Of a stretch of DNA of 64,000 bases, positions 40,722 to 51,600 are shown one piece after another. The translations under genes and the position numbers were made by a program. Origin of the DNA: Candidatus Sumerlaeia bacterium (lineage in GTDB: Bacteria; Sumerlaeota; Sumerlaeia; SLMS01; JANRJK01); contig JANRJK010000036.1 of NCBI GenBank assembly GCA_033764015.1, forward strand, positions 160,001-224,000, read 5' to 3'. The notes below the pieces were generated by a model. The model was not told where the DNA came from and searched no databases. It saw only the letters and a list, made by a program, of their open reading frames with translations. Every line of letters starts with the position of its first letter. Position 1 is the first letter of the stretch.

Positions 40722-42263
40722 TTACCGGTCCCGCCGCGGGTCGAGCGCGTCGCGGAAGCCTTCACCGAGGAGGTTGAAGCAGGTGACGGTGAAGAAAATG
40801 GCGAGGCCGGGGATGACGGTGAGCCACCAGAGACCCTTCGGGTCGCTGCGGCCGTTGTTCAGGAGGTCGCCCCAGCTCGCCATGGGTTGCGGCACGCCGA
40901 AGCCGAGGAAGCTGAGGGCGCTTTCCGACAGGATGGTGCCGGCGATGGCGAAGCTGACGAGGACGAGGATGGGGCCGATGGCGTTTGGGAGGATGTGGAG
41001 GAAGATGATGCGGAGGTTGGAGCCGCCGAGGGCGCGCACCGCCGCGACGAAGTCCATGTTGACGAGGCGGAGGAACTCGCCGCGCTGCAGGCGCGCCACG
41101 GAGGTCCACCCGAAGAACGCCAGCACGAGGATGATGTTGCGGATCGAAGGCCCGAGGAACGCCTGCACCGCGAGGATCATCATCAGGAAGGGGAAGCATA
41201 TCACCACCTCGATCACGCGCGAGATGAGGATGTCGGTCCAGCCGCGGAAGTAGCCGGCGGAGGCGCCCACGATGATGCCGAAGATGACGTAGATCGACAC
41301 CGCGAAGATGCCGATCATCATGGAGACGCGCGCGCCGTAGACCATGCGGGCCGTGACGTCGCGCCCGTTGGTGTCGGTGCCGAGGAAGTGCGGGTTCTCC
41401 CAGGTCTCGCCCATACGTTCGATCACGGGCGCGGCCCAGTTCGGCGGGACGCGGGAGTTCTTGATGATGTTCTCGTTCTCGCCGAAGGGGACGAGGGTGC
41501 GGACGAACTTCCCTTGGAAGTCGGGCGCGTCGAGGATGCGCCGGTAGGGAGTGTTGTCCTGCACCGGGGGGAAGGCTTCGCGCATGCCGAAGGCGATGAG
41601 CGTGGCCAGCAGTCCGATGGCGATGCCGGTGGGGCCGACTCCGGGGAGCAGGCGCCTCCCGAGGACGGCGGCGATGGCGAGCCAGAAGACCGACATGAAC
41701 CAGACTTCGTAGAGGTTCAGCGAGCGGACCGCGGGATAGCGGACCATCTCGCCGAGCGGCGGCAGCGTGTCGTCGTCGAAGTAGGGATCGAGGTACTTGG
41801 CGGTGTATTCGTCGAGGACGCCTTGGAGCGCCTCGGAGTCCGCGGCTCCGACGGCGGCGACGACGCGCTCGCCGAGGGCGGCCACGGCGGCGGACTCGTC
41901 GCCGGCGAGGAAGCCCTTCATGGCGGTGAAGCGCGCGGCGAGGCCCGCCTTCGCCTCCGCGAGCGCCGCCTGGTCGGGCTCGCCGGCGGAGAGCGTGTCG
42001 AGGAGCGATTCGATCTCCTCGCCGGCGATCGTCATTTCGTTGATGAAGTCCTCGCGGAAGACCGCCTTGAGGTAGAGCGGGCGCTGGTTGGCGAGGAGCG
42101 GCGCGTGGACCGCTATGAAGACCACGAGGAAGACGACCAGGAGGCCGAAGATCGCGAGCTTGTTGCGGCGCAGGTCGCGCAGCGCGAGGTCCCAGTAGGA
42201 CTGGGCCTCGCCCGGCGCCGGGCCGGTGGCGGGTTTCTGTTCGGGCTTGTCTGGAGTGCTCAC
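40722..42263 (-). CDS. Peptide ABC transporter permease (OppC/DppC-like) with large insertion
   Basis: HFLGTDTNGRDV, DFVAAVRALG, HILPN, FNLLGEGFRDALDP. Confidence 0.92.
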   Translation of the reverse strand: MSTPDKPEQKPATGPAPGEAQSYWDLALRDLRRNKLAIFGLLVVFLVVFIAVHAPLLANQRPLYLKAVFREDFINEMTIAGEEIESLLDTLSAGEPDQAALAEAKAGLAARFTAMKGFLAGDESAAVAALGERVVAAVGAADSEALQGVLDEYTAKYLDPYFDDDTLPPLGEMVRYPAVRSLNLYEVWFMSVFWLAIAAVLGRRLLPGVGPTGIAIGLLATLIAFGMREAFPPVQDNTPYRRILDAPDFQGKFVRTLVPFGENENIIKNSRVPPNWAAPVIERMGETWENPHFLGTDTNGRDVTARMVYGARVSMMIGIFAVSIYVIFGIIVGASAGYFRGWTDILISRVIEVVICFPFLMMILAVQAFLGPSIRNIILVLAFFGWTSVARLQRGEFLRLVNMDFVAAVRALGGSNLRIIFLHILPNAIGPILVLVSFAIAGTILSESALSFLGFGVPQPMASWGDLLNNGRSDPKGLWWLTVIPGLAIFFTVTCFNLLGEGFRDALDPRRDR

Positions 42264-42276
42264 GGTGCGCCGGTCC

Positions 42277-43938
42277 TCACTCGTAGCTGATGCGCGGATC
42301 GACGACCGCGTAGAGGATGTCCGCCACCAGGATGCCGAGGAGCGTCAGCAGCGCCGAGAAGAAGAGCACCGCGTTGATGACCGGGTAGTCGCGGTTCACG
42401 ATCGAATCGAGCGTGAGCGTGCCCATGCCGCGGATGGTGAAGATCGACTCGACGATGATCGCGCCGGCGATCAGCTCCGGCAGTATGCCGGCGGAGATGG
42501 TGATGATCGGGATCAGCGAGTTGCGGAGCGCGTGCTTGAAGATCACGACGTGCTCCGCGAGGCCCTTCGCCTGCGCCGTGCGGACGAAGTCCTGCTTGAT
42601 GGTCTCGAGCATCGCGCTGCGCATCTGCCGCGAGATGAAGGCGAGGCTGCCGTAGGTGAGCACCGTGACCGGCAGCACCATGTGCCAGATGCGGTCCCGG
42701 AGCATGTCGAGGGTCCAGTCGGAATCGACGAACTCCGGCGAGTTGAGCCCGCGCGTCGGGAACAGCTCGGGGAAGTTCGGCCCGCCGGTGGTCGTCAGGA
42801 TCAGCATCGTCGCGACCCAGAAGCTCGGCAGCGAGTAGAGCAGGAAGAGGATCACGGTGATGACGCGGTCGGGAGCGGAGTAGCGCTTCACCGCCGAGAA
42901 GATCCCGATGGGGATCGAAAGCAGGTAGGAGAAGATGATCGAGGCGACCGAGAGCGAGAAGGAGATGGGGAGGCGCTCGGCGATCATCTCGCGGACGGGG
43001 CGCTTCTCGCGGTAGGACTCGCCGAAGTCGAAGGTGACCGTCTGCTTCACCCAGATGCCGTATTGCGTGTTGAGGAGGATGTTGAGGCCGTGGCGCACGG
43101 GGCCGTAGGTGGAGTAGCGGACCTGTTCGCGGCTGTAGTAGGAGCGCCAGCGCTCGAGGATGCGCGAGCGCTCGGCGTCCCAGCTATCGGGATTCGTGAG
43201 GAAGTTGAACGTGGTGATCGCCGAGAGGCCGTCGTTCGCGAGTCGGGAAGTGCGTTCGTTGCCGAGCGCCGCGATGAGCGCGGGAACGGCGAAGCCGCCG
43301 GCGGTGCGCACCTCGTCGAGCGGTGCGGAACCCGAGAGGTAGGCTTGGACGACCTGCTCGACGCGCTCTTCACCGTAGCGGGCCTTGTTCGCCTCGTACC
43401 AGGCGCTCCAGAATTCGTAGGAAGCGTCGGGGGCGAGGCCCTGACCGAGGTTTGTCTCGAGGGCGAGCTTGGGGAACCAGGAGGCGAGGACGGCTTTGCG
43501 CTCCTCGACGGGGCGGGCCTTCATGTTGCGGCCGCGGCTGTCCTTGGGAAGGGGCTCCTGCGGCGTGCCGATAAGCGGATAGCGGTCGAGGGCGGCCTTG
43601 AGAGCGATGGTGTTGGTGCGCGCGAGCGTCTTCTCGCCGATCTTCTGCCACATGGGCTGCGACTTGAAGAGGTCGTCGATGGCGCGTTCGGCGGCGAACT
43701 CCCGGTCCTCGAAGTTCGTGTTGATGAGGAGGGGCTTGTCGAGGCCGAGGTTGCGGCGGTTTTGTTCGACCAGGTCCTCGTAGCCGACGGCCTGGGCGCC
43801 GCGGCCGCTGGAGCCGGGCTGGATGCCGGCGGCGGCCGGGTCGCCCGGCGTGAGTCGCGTGGCCACAAAGGTGATGAGCGTGATCCCGAAAAGGGTCACG
43901 CCCATCAGCAGCAGTCGCTTGATCAGATAGTTCAGCAA
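42277..43938 (-). CDS. Peptide ABC transporter permease (OppB/DppB-like) with large soluble insertion
   Basis: YLIKRLL, PGDPA, LGLDKP, DFGES, DFVRTAQAKGL, KHALRN, RDYPV. Confidence 0.92.
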   Translation of the reverse strand: MLNYLIKRLLLMGVTLFGITLITFVATRLTPGDPAAAGIQPGSSGRGAQAVGYEDLVEQNRRNLGLDKPLLINTNFEDREFAAERAIDDLFKSQPMWQKIGEKTLARTNTIALKAALDRYPLIGTPQEPLPKDSRGRNMKARPVEERKAVLASWFPKLALETNLGQGLAPDASYEFWSAWYEANKARYGEERVEQVVQAYLSGSAPLDEVRTAGGFAVPALIAALGNERTSRLANDGLSAITTFNFLTNPDSWDAERSRILERWRSYYSREQVRYSTYGPVRHGLNILLNTQYGIWVKQTVTFDFGESYREKRPVREMIAERLPISFSLSVASIIFSYLLSIPIGIFSAVKRYSAPDRVITVILFLLYSLPSFWVATMLILTTTGGPNFPELFPTRGLNSPEFVDSDWTLDMLRDRIWHMVLPVTVLTYGSLAFISRQMRSAMLETIKQDFVRTAQAKGLAEHVVIFKHALRNSLIPIITISAGILPELIAGAIIVESIFTIRGMGTLTLDSIVNRDYPVINAVLFFSALLTLLGILVADILYAVVDPRISYE

Positions 43939-43948
43939 GGCCCGGCCC

Positions 43949-46192
43949 TCAGCCGCCCTTGCCGTGGGTTGGTGCCGCGAGCGCGGCGGTGGACGCCTTC
44001 CATGTGTCCGTCATGGCGCCGGGGGGCGGCTCCTTCGCCCAGTACCATTCGTTCAGGTTCGTCGGGTACATGCTGGGGTACACCTTGATCCCCTGCAGGT
44101 TGCGGTGGAAGAAGTACGTTTCGTAGAAGGCGAACAGGAAGCAGTAGGGCTGCTCCTCGGCGATGATGCGGTGGATTTCGCGCGCCATCTCCCAGCGCTT
44201 CTCCGGGTTGAACTCCTCGCGAAGCTTCTCGCACAGCTCGTCGACCCGCGCGTTTCGGAACGAAACGAAGTTGTCGCCGCGGTTCTCGATCTGGGAGCTG
44301 TGGAAGATCTGGTACGGGTCGGGGTCGAGCGTGTTGCTCCAGGCGAAGCGCACCGCGTCGAACTTCTTGTCGCGGACCGTGTCCGAGAAGATCGTCCAGT
44401 CCAGCTTCGAGATCGTGACGTCGATGCCGGCCTGGCCGATACGCTCCTTCACGATGTCCGCCATCTTGGAGTGGTAGTCCTTGGCGGTGTGGATCATGTA
44501 GGAGAAGCGGAACGGCGTCTCGACGCCGTCGATGTTCTTCTCGAGGATACCGTCCTTGTCGCGGTCGGCCCAGCCGGCCTTGCGGAGCAGGCGCTTCGCC
44601 TTGTCCGGGTCGTACTTGGCGGGCTCGACGGAGGGGTCGTAGCCGGGGCCGTTGATGTAGAGCGGGCCGCTGACCGGCTTCGCCAGGCCGAAGTGGAGCC
44701 GCTGCGCGATCTCCTCCGCGGGGACCAGCATCGAGAGGGCGTGGCGCGTTTCCTTGTCCTTGAAGATCGGGTTCATCAGGTTCCAGCCGATGTAGACGTA
44801 CCCGAACCCGAGGTTCTGCAGCCGGGTCATCGTGTTCTTGAACGAGTCGGTGTTGGTCGCGTCGCTGAACCAGATATCCTGCTCGACGCCGTCGTCTCCG
44901 TCGAGCGCCTGCTTCTCGAGTTCGCGCACGGCGGTGTTGTTGTCGCCGATGATGACCCAAGTGAGGCCGTCGAGGTAGGGCTGCTGCTTGCGCCAGTTCA
45001 CGACGGCGCCGTCGGGCAGCTTGCTGGCCCAGTAGTCCTCGTTGCGCTCAAGGCTTAGGGACTGGCCCTTGCGCCACTCCTTGAACTTGTAGGGGCCCGT
45101 CAGGACGGGCTTCTCGCGGAAGGGGTGCTTGTTGAAGGAGTCGCCGAAGGCCTTGTCGTCGCCGCCGAACTGCTCAGGGTTGAAGACGTGCTTGGGCAGC
45201 CAGTGGCGTGCGCCGGCGACGAAGCTGAGCACCTCGAAGTAGGGGCGGCCCCAGACCACGCGGATGCCCTTGCCGTCGTCGATGACCTCTGAGGTCTGCA
45301 TATCCTGGTAGTAGTTCCGGAGGTGCGCCGCGTCGACGTAGGGGTTGAGGATCACGTCGTAGGTGAACTTGACGTCCTCGGCGGTGAACGGCTGGCCGTC
45401 GTGCCACGTCACGCCGTCGCGGATGGCGAACTCGAAGGCGCAGTAGGGCTTGATGAAGGGGCGGTCGCTCTTGCTGACCTCGTCCTTCCAGACCGCGAGG
45501 TCGGTGAACTTGTACGTCACGGTTGCGTCCGCGAAGGCGGGGTCGGCGACGCCGTCCACAACGACCGTGTTGGGCATCAGGCGGATTCGGCCGGTGGTCG
45601 TCTTCGCCTCGAGCCCGTCGCGGAGCCGGACGGTGCCGATCTCGCCGTGCGTGAGTTCATCGAGGTTCGCGATGTCGAACTGGGCGTAAGCGGCTGTCCA
45701 CGCGCCGGGGACGAAGGTGATCGTGCCGGCCGCGTCGTCGCGGGAGACGATGCGCCCGATCTGGAGCTCGCCGTCGGCGGGCTTCAGCGTGTCGGCGGTG
45801 CGCCAGTGCCAGGCGAGGGCGGGGAACTCTTCGTAGGTGGAGACGTCGCGGTCGACGAGCGCGTCGGAGGCGTGGTTGAGGACGACGCGCTCCGGCTGGC
45901 CGGTGACCGTGATCGGGTTCATTTCCTGGAAGTCGACCTTGGTGCGCATGCGGACGATGCCGCCGCGGCGTGGCTCGCCGACGTCGCCGGCGAGAACGTC
46001 CTCATTGAACTCGTCCTGGATGGGCGTGCGCAGGTACTTGGCGAAAGGGCTGTCGGGCGCGCTCTTGGCAGTGTTGGGCGAGCTGCTCGATTCGGCGCTG
46101 GCGGCGAGCGGCGCGAGCGCGATGGCGGCGATGGCCGCCGCGGCGTGGAGCGCGCGAAGGCTCGGGGCGGGGTTCGGAGCGGTGCGGATCAT
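43949..46192 (-). CDS. Peptide ABC transporter substrate-binding protein (SBP family 5)
   Basis: PALA.HW, RDGVTWHDGQPFTAEDVKFT, GPYKFKEW, YDPDKAKRLL..AGW; GAGGT RBS. Confidence 0.92.
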   Translation of the reverse strand: MIRTAPNPAPSLRALHAAAAIAAIALAPLAASAESSSSPNTAKSAPDSPFAKYLRTPIQDEFNEDVLAGDVGEPRRGGIVRMRTKVDFQEMNPITVTGQPERVVLNHASDALVDRDVSTYEEFPALAWHWRTADTLKPADGELQIGRIVSRDDAAGTITFVPGAWTAAYAQFDIANLDELTHGEIGTVRLRDGLEAKTTTGRIRLMPNTVVVDGVADPAFADATVTYKFTDLAVWKDEVSKSDRPFIKPYCAFEFAIRDGVTWHDGQPFTAEDVKFTYDVILNPYVDAAHLRNYYQDMQTSEVIDDGKGIRVVWGRPYFEVLSFVAGARHWLPKHVFNPEQFGGDDKAFGDSFNKHPFREKPVLTGPYKFKEWRKGQSLSLERNEDYWASKLPDGAVVNWRKQQPYLDGLTWVIIGDNNTAVRELEKQALDGDDGVEQDIWFSDATNTDSFKNTMTRLQNLGFGYVYIGWNLMNPIFKDKETRHALSMLVPAEEIAQRLHFGLAKPVSGPLYINGPGYDPSVEPAKYDPDKAKRLLRKAGWADRDKDGILEKNIDGVETPFRFSYMIHTAKDYHSKMADIVKERIGQAGIDVTISKLDWTIFSDTVRDKKFDAVRFAWSNTLDPDPYQIFHSSQIENRGDNFVSFRNARVDELCEKLREEFNPEKRWEMAREIHRIIAEEQPYCFLFAFYETYFFHRNLQGIKVYPSMYPTNLNEWYWAKEPPPGAMTDTWKASTAALAAPTHGKGG

Positions 46193-46443
46193 GGAATACC
46201 TCGCGAGGTGTGCCCAGTGGTCGCCAACCGGGCGGGGTTGGCCGGAACCGGATGTTAGCAGGGTAGGCAAGCCGGTCTTCCGGCGTCGGGCAAGTAGAAC
46301 CGGGAGCGCCGGCGGATTCCCCGTGACGTTGCGCGGCAGATGCCGCATAGTGTCCTCGTGAGCCCGTGGACCGCTTCCCCCTTGCCCTATATCCTGCCCT
46401 TCCCACGCTGCGAAACCCTGAGACCGGTACCGGCGATGCAGCT

Positions 46444-47070
46444 ATGATGAAAGAGTCGACCAAGCGCAGTTGGGTTTGCCCCTCGGACGAGTACCTGCGT
46501 CCGGGAGCGAATGCGTTCGACTGGACGCGCGCCGTGGTTTACGCCACGGGTGGCCTGCTCGCGATGCTGATGCTGTGGTCGCTCTCGCACCACGATGGGA
46601 GCGGCACCCGCGGGACGCCGAGCGCGGGGGAGCCCTTCAGTGCGTGGAACGGATCGTTCAGCGGGACGTTGCAGTCGACGACCGCGGCGGGGGATGTCGT
46701 CGCGCAGAGCCACGTGACGCGCACCTTCCGGGTCGAGCAGCAGGACCGCGCGGTGTTGGAGTTCCGCGAGTCGGTGGCGGCGGGGTCGCCGTTGGTCTTC
46801 CTGGGCACCCAAGTGCAGAAGTCGGGCGTGGTCACCCGCACCCTGATCCGCGACGGCGCGCAGGAAGTGATCGAAGGCCGGATCGACTCGGAAGGGATTA
46901 TCTCCTGGCGGCGCGACACCGAGCGGGATTTGACGTTCCTGCGGGAGTGGATTGTTGGTGAAACGCTTTACGTTGAGGGCTTCTCTCTGCGTAAGGGGAT
47001 CCCCGATTCAACTCTGTACCACGCGGGGCGTTTGCGTCGCCCCAAGGACGGTGTCGAGCCGACTCCTTGA
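46444..47070 (+). CDS. Hypothetical membrane-anchored beta-strand-rich protein
   Basis: Single N-terminal TM followed by alternating beta-pattern (WNGSFSGT...). Confidence 0.6.
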   Translation: MMKESTKRSWVCPSDEYLRPGANAFDWTRAVVYATGGLLAMLMLWSLSHHDGSGTRGTPSAGEPFSAWNGSFSGTLQSTTAAGDVVAQSHVTRTFRVEQQDRAVLEFRESVAAGSPLVFLGTQVQKSGVVTRTLIRDGAQEVIEGRIDSEGIISWRRDTERDLTFLREWIVGETLYVEGFSLRKGIPDSTLYHAGRLRRPKDGVEPTP

Positions 47071-47318
47071 GTGGTGCCGGCGGTCGTCTAGAAAGCTATA
47101 GCTGTTGAACTTTAGGCCGAGGGCGCGGGATTTCTCGTTCGAGCGCGGGAATTGCATGGATATAACAAGGCGGCTTTGGCGCAGCGAATCTTCGCGTTGC
47201 ACTGGCTATGGGCAGAAATCCCGGTTTTGTGGGGATTGAACGATTTAGCGTTGCGGGACGGGGTCGCCGATGGTTTGATGCGTGGAATCATTCCCGTAAC
47301 GAGAGCGATCCAACCACC

Positions 47319-48434
47319 ATGACAACCTGTCCATTGAGAACCCTCGCCGCCACGTTCACCTTGGCCACAGCAGTCGCGAACATTTCGCCGGCGCAGGGCA
47401 CGCAGGCGGTGCTGTCCTCCCCGGACCTGCTGTGGACGAACGACATTCCCGCGGTCATGTCGGATGCCCGTGCCAGCGGCTCGCCCGCGATTGTCTACGT
47501 GCAATCGCGAGTCGCCCGCGCCTGCGGAGAGCTCGAGCAGCAGACGATGCGCGACCCTAAAGTGGTCGAGCAGATGAAGGACTTCAAGCTGGCGTACGTG
47601 GACGTCACGGAGGACACGTCGCGCTTGGCCTCGCTGCAGGTGATCCGCGTTCCGACTGTGATCTTCTACGCGCCGGACGGGCGCGAGCTGTTCCGCGCGG
47701 TGGGCTACAAGACGCCTTCGGACTTCCTCGGGTACTTGACGGCCATCGAGCGCCCGAAGCGCGCCGGCGGCTCCGGCTCCGGCGGTAGCGCCGCCCGGCC
47801 CGGTGCGGCGACCACGAGCACAGCCCCTTCCACGGTTTCGATGACCTACGATCCGGGCACCATGGTGCTCCACCAGCGCCCGGGCACGCGTAAGCAGACC
47901 CTCAAGATCTACGAGCCTAGCGCCCTGACGGTAAGCGTGATGGGGGAGTTCAACGACTGGCGGAACGACACGTTGCCGCTCACCCGCCACGAATCCGGCT
48001 GGTGGTGGGTCGACCTGCACCTTTCGGATGGCCTGTATCACTACGTTTACAACGTGGACAGTCAGAAGAAGCGGGACCCGGTGGCCGAGTACCGGAAGTT
48101 CATCAAGGAGATCGATGCCTACGCATCGACCCTCGTGGTGGGCACGATGCCCGGGCCGCGGGTTGATGCGGGAGGAGCGACGACGTTCACGTACTATGAT
48201 CGCAACGCGAAGCAGGTCTACTTTGTCTGGGGCCACAACAACTACGAGCCGATCCCGATGTTCACCCGCGGCGACGGTTTCTGGGGCCTTCAGTACACGC
48301 TGCCCGCGGGGGATTACGAGTACTGGTTCCAGGTGGACGGCGGGAACTGGACAGAAGACCAGAAGAACCCGGTCGGCAGCGAACGCGGCGGGTCGTTGCT
48401 CACGATCAAGCCGGAGCAGATCGCATTGCGCTGA
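47319..48434 (+). CDS. Secreted thioredoxin-like domain fused to two CBM48/AMPK-beta-like glycogen-binding domains
   Basis: Signal peptide; VPTVIFYAPDGRE...GY Trx fold; VMGEFNDW...YHYVYNVD...DP and GDYEYWFQVDG.W..D..NP. Confidence 0.75.
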   Translation: MTTCPLRTLAATFTLATAVANISPAQGTQAVLSSPDLLWTNDIPAVMSDARASGSPAIVYVQSRVARACGELEQQTMRDPKVVEQMKDFKLAYVDVTEDTSRLASLQVIRVPTVIFYAPDGRELFRAVGYKTPSDFLGYLTAIERPKRAGGSGSGGSAARPGAATTSTAPSTVSMTYDPGTMVLHQRPGTRKQTLKIYEPSALTVSVMGEFNDWRNDTLPLTRHESGWWWVDLHLSDGLYHYVYNVDSQKKRDPVAEYRKFIKEIDAYASTLVVGTMPGPRVDAGGATTFTYYDRNAKQVYFVWGHNNYEPIPMFTRGDGFWGLQYTLPAGDYEYWFQVDGGNWTEDQKNPVGSERGGSLLTIKPEQIALR

Positions 48435-48469
48435 TCCGTCGACGGTAGTCCTCAGGTTGAAGTTCTGGT

Positions 48470-48512
48470 TTCGGGCGGGGGCGCTGCGGCGCACCCGCCC
48501 GAAGTCTTTTCT
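48470..48512 (+). terminator. Intrinsic terminator after Trx-CBM48 gene
   Basis: TTCGGGCGGG...CCCGCCCGAA stem followed by GTCTTTTCT. Confidence 0.65.
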
Positions 48513-48557
48513 GGGCTCTTTTCCGGAAGGACGAAGGCGGATTCACAGTGGATCGCG

Positions 48558-48597
48558 CAAAGAGAACCGCCCGTCAGCCTGGTGGCCGACGGGCGGT
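48558..48597 (-). terminator. Intrinsic terminator after large subtilase gene
   Basis: Minus-strand ACCGCCCGTCGGCC-acca-GGCTGACGGGCGGT (one G.U pair) followed by TCTCTTT. Confidence 0.7.
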
Positions 48598-48637
48598 GTT
48601 TCTTGTGGTCGAGTGGTGCCGCGGGCCGCGGCCCGGG

Positions 48638-51600
48638 TTAGGGGGTCAGCGCCGGGTAGCCAGCGATCCGGACCTCTTCGAAGGTCACCGAATCGAGGAT
48701 GATCGGCTGCGGAGTGACGCTGGAGCGGTCGAAGGCGAGGCCGTCGAAGGAGAGGATGAAATTCGGTGTCGAGGGCTGTGCGCGCAGGACCAGGTAGGTG
48801 GAGAGTTCAAGGACTTCCGACCCGACCGGTTGCATCGCTCCGTTGCCGGTGGAGCTGATGACGGCGACGGAGTTGCGCGAGAAGTCCTCGGTGTTCACGC
48901 GAAGCCGGATGTCCGGGTTCAGGAGCGGGCTGCCGGTGTTGGCCGAGCGGATCCGGGCGGTAAGGCGAACCACCGCGGGGAACTCGCTGAAGGATGGGCC
49001 GACGACGAAGCCCGCTTGAGTGGACCAGAAGCCGAAGTTGTTGTCGTTCGCCGTCGCGGCGATGCGAAGGCCGGAGGAATCCGCCGTCCCGATCATCGTG
49101 TCGATCACCGGCTCCGCGTTGCCGAAGACCCAGCCATTCTGGTCAGAGGCGCCGTTGAGTTCGGATTGGTAGATCGTTGAGACGGGGCTCAGGGTGTCGG
49201 CGCCGAGGGCGTAGATTTCGACACGGTCGAGGCTGATGGAGCCGAACCGGTCGTCGTCCTGGAGGAAATTGAGCAGGTCGATCGAGAGGCGGAAGTTGCG
49301 CTCTTGCTCAATGACTCCGGTGAAGAAGTCGGCGGGGGCCTTGAACACGATGTCGATGGCCCGGCGGTCGGCGTCGCTGGAGCCCGGCACTTCGGAGAAG
49401 TTGCCAAGGCTGTTGATCTCTGACGTGTAGGCGAGTTGGAAGTCGCCGCTATTGATGCGGGAGCGGATCGTGGGGGTCTTATCAAGCGCCGATGCGTTGG
49501 CCCGCAGGTAAGTGCGGTACAGGTAGTAGCGATCGGAAGAGTTCGGGGCGAAGGCCTTCGCCGGGGAGGTGAAGAAGCCGAAGCAGTTCAGCTCACCCGC
49601 GGTGTCGTTCGACGTGATGTTCAGGGCGCCTCCGGTGGTGGATCCGAGGGCGGGATTAAGTTCCGGAGCCGCGGTTCCGAACTGCCAGCCCGTGGGTGCG
49701 CCGAAGGAGAACTCGCCAACGAGTGACACCTGATCGTCGGGACGGGGCGTCGGCGTGGGTTCGGGGGTACGGACCGGGGTCGGGGTGGTGTTGGGGGTCG
49801 GTGTGGGATCGACATCGACCGGATCAGGCAGCGCGGGAAGGAAGGTCCAGACCACATCGCCCACACCGTTTGCATCCGGGTTGGCGACGAAGGACAGGAT
49901 CGTGTTGCTGGCGTCGAGGGTGGGGAAACGGAAGGAGGTGTAGCTGGTCCCCGCGGGGAGCGCCAGGAGTGCGGGGGGCAGGTGGGCGATTTGGGCCCGC
50001 TCGCCACGCTCGATCACGCCGCGCAGGTTGGTGATGACGTAGATCTGGTAGTTGGCCGAGAGGGAGGCGTCGACTGGCGATACGCGGTTTGAAACGAAGA
50101 AGAGCAACTCGCCCCCAGCCGCGAGGAAGGCGTCGCGCTCGTCGGAAAGGGCCCAGAAGGAGAAACCTTCCGGCGTGGAGTCCGCGCCGAGCAGGATCGG
50201 GTTCGCGAAGGGCAGCAGCGGGAACGGGAAGTTCGTCGGGTGCGGCGGGTAGATGCGCCCGGTGACGGCATTGACCGCGTAGAGGTCGACCTGGGACTCG
50301 CCGCGCGCGGCGGTGAAGACGATCGTCGTGCCGGTGTCGTCGAAAACCGGCGATTCGTACCGGTCGAGGAAGGGCATGTTGGTGGAGTTCAGGACATTCG
50401 CCGGGAAAGCGGTGGGGAACGTGTCGAAAGTCTCCGAGTACAGCGCCCAGATTCCGCCGTCGGCGACGAGGGCCATCGTGAGCCCGTCGAGGCTGAAGGA
50501 GGGGTCGGAAGCCGATGTGAAGGAAGCGCTCGCGAAGGGCACGGAGCCGAATGCGTCATCGTCGGAGAACGTCAGCGTGCCATCCTCGCGGGTCGTGGCT
50601 AGGAGGCTGAGGAACGGATGCGCCCGGAGGCCGGTGACTGCCGAGGAGCCAGTGGCCAGCTCGAGGAGAGGGCGTCTGGTCGTGTTGGCCTGCGCGCTGG
50701 CGCCGGAACCGAACGGTGCGATGCGGCGGGTGGGCAGCACAGGCGCGCTGCTGATGGTATCGAGGAAAGTGCCGCCGCGGGACGCGGAGGCGCTCGAGTA
50801 GAGCAGCTCGCCCGTCGACAAGGTCCAGTTCGGGCGGCTGCCTGACGAGGCCAGCCTGTGTGTGAGCGGAAAGAAGAAGTCGTAGAGGGCTTGGCGGTTG
50901 GGGAGCGTCCGCAGCTTGAGGCCCGCGAACTGGTAGCCCTGGTAGTCGAATCGGTGGCGCTGGATCAGGGTCGCGGGCTGGTCCTCGGCCGCCCCCAGAT
51001 GAGGGATCAGCCCCTCGCGCGGCCCGGCCGGCGGTGTTGAATCGTCTTCGGGAATCTCAAGTTCGTAGGTCGGTAGGTAGGAGGAGTTCGGCGTGAAGGT
51101 CATCGAGACGTTGAACGGAGCCCCGGGAGGAACGAAGCCGAGGAAGACGTTGAAGCGGCGGATGATGATGTCGGACTGGCCGCGGATCGGACGGTACCCG
51201 CTTTGATCTTCCGAGTCGTCGCTCCAGAACGCGAAGCGGCGCTCGTCATCGAAGATCGCAGCGTCGTCTAGAACCGCCAAGGACACTGTTGCCCCCTTGA
51301 CGACCTGTTTGGCTTCGCCGTCCCGGTCCGTGTCGCCCGTGAAGACGACTGGAAAGGAGGCGCCGGCGCCAAGCAACTCGAAGCGGAGGGTATCGAACTC
51401 GTCGAGTTGGGGGATGGCTTCGCCGAGGTCCGAAAAATCGGCATTGCGCGAAGTGATCAGGCTGGTGTTCTGCGTGCCGAGTTCGAAGCCAACGTCGATC
51501 TGTGCCCAGATCGGGATCGCAAAGGCGCTCGCCGGTGCGGGGGGCGCCTGAAGGGTCGGACTCACAAGAACTTGCTGATGGCTGGTGAACGCGTTGCCGG

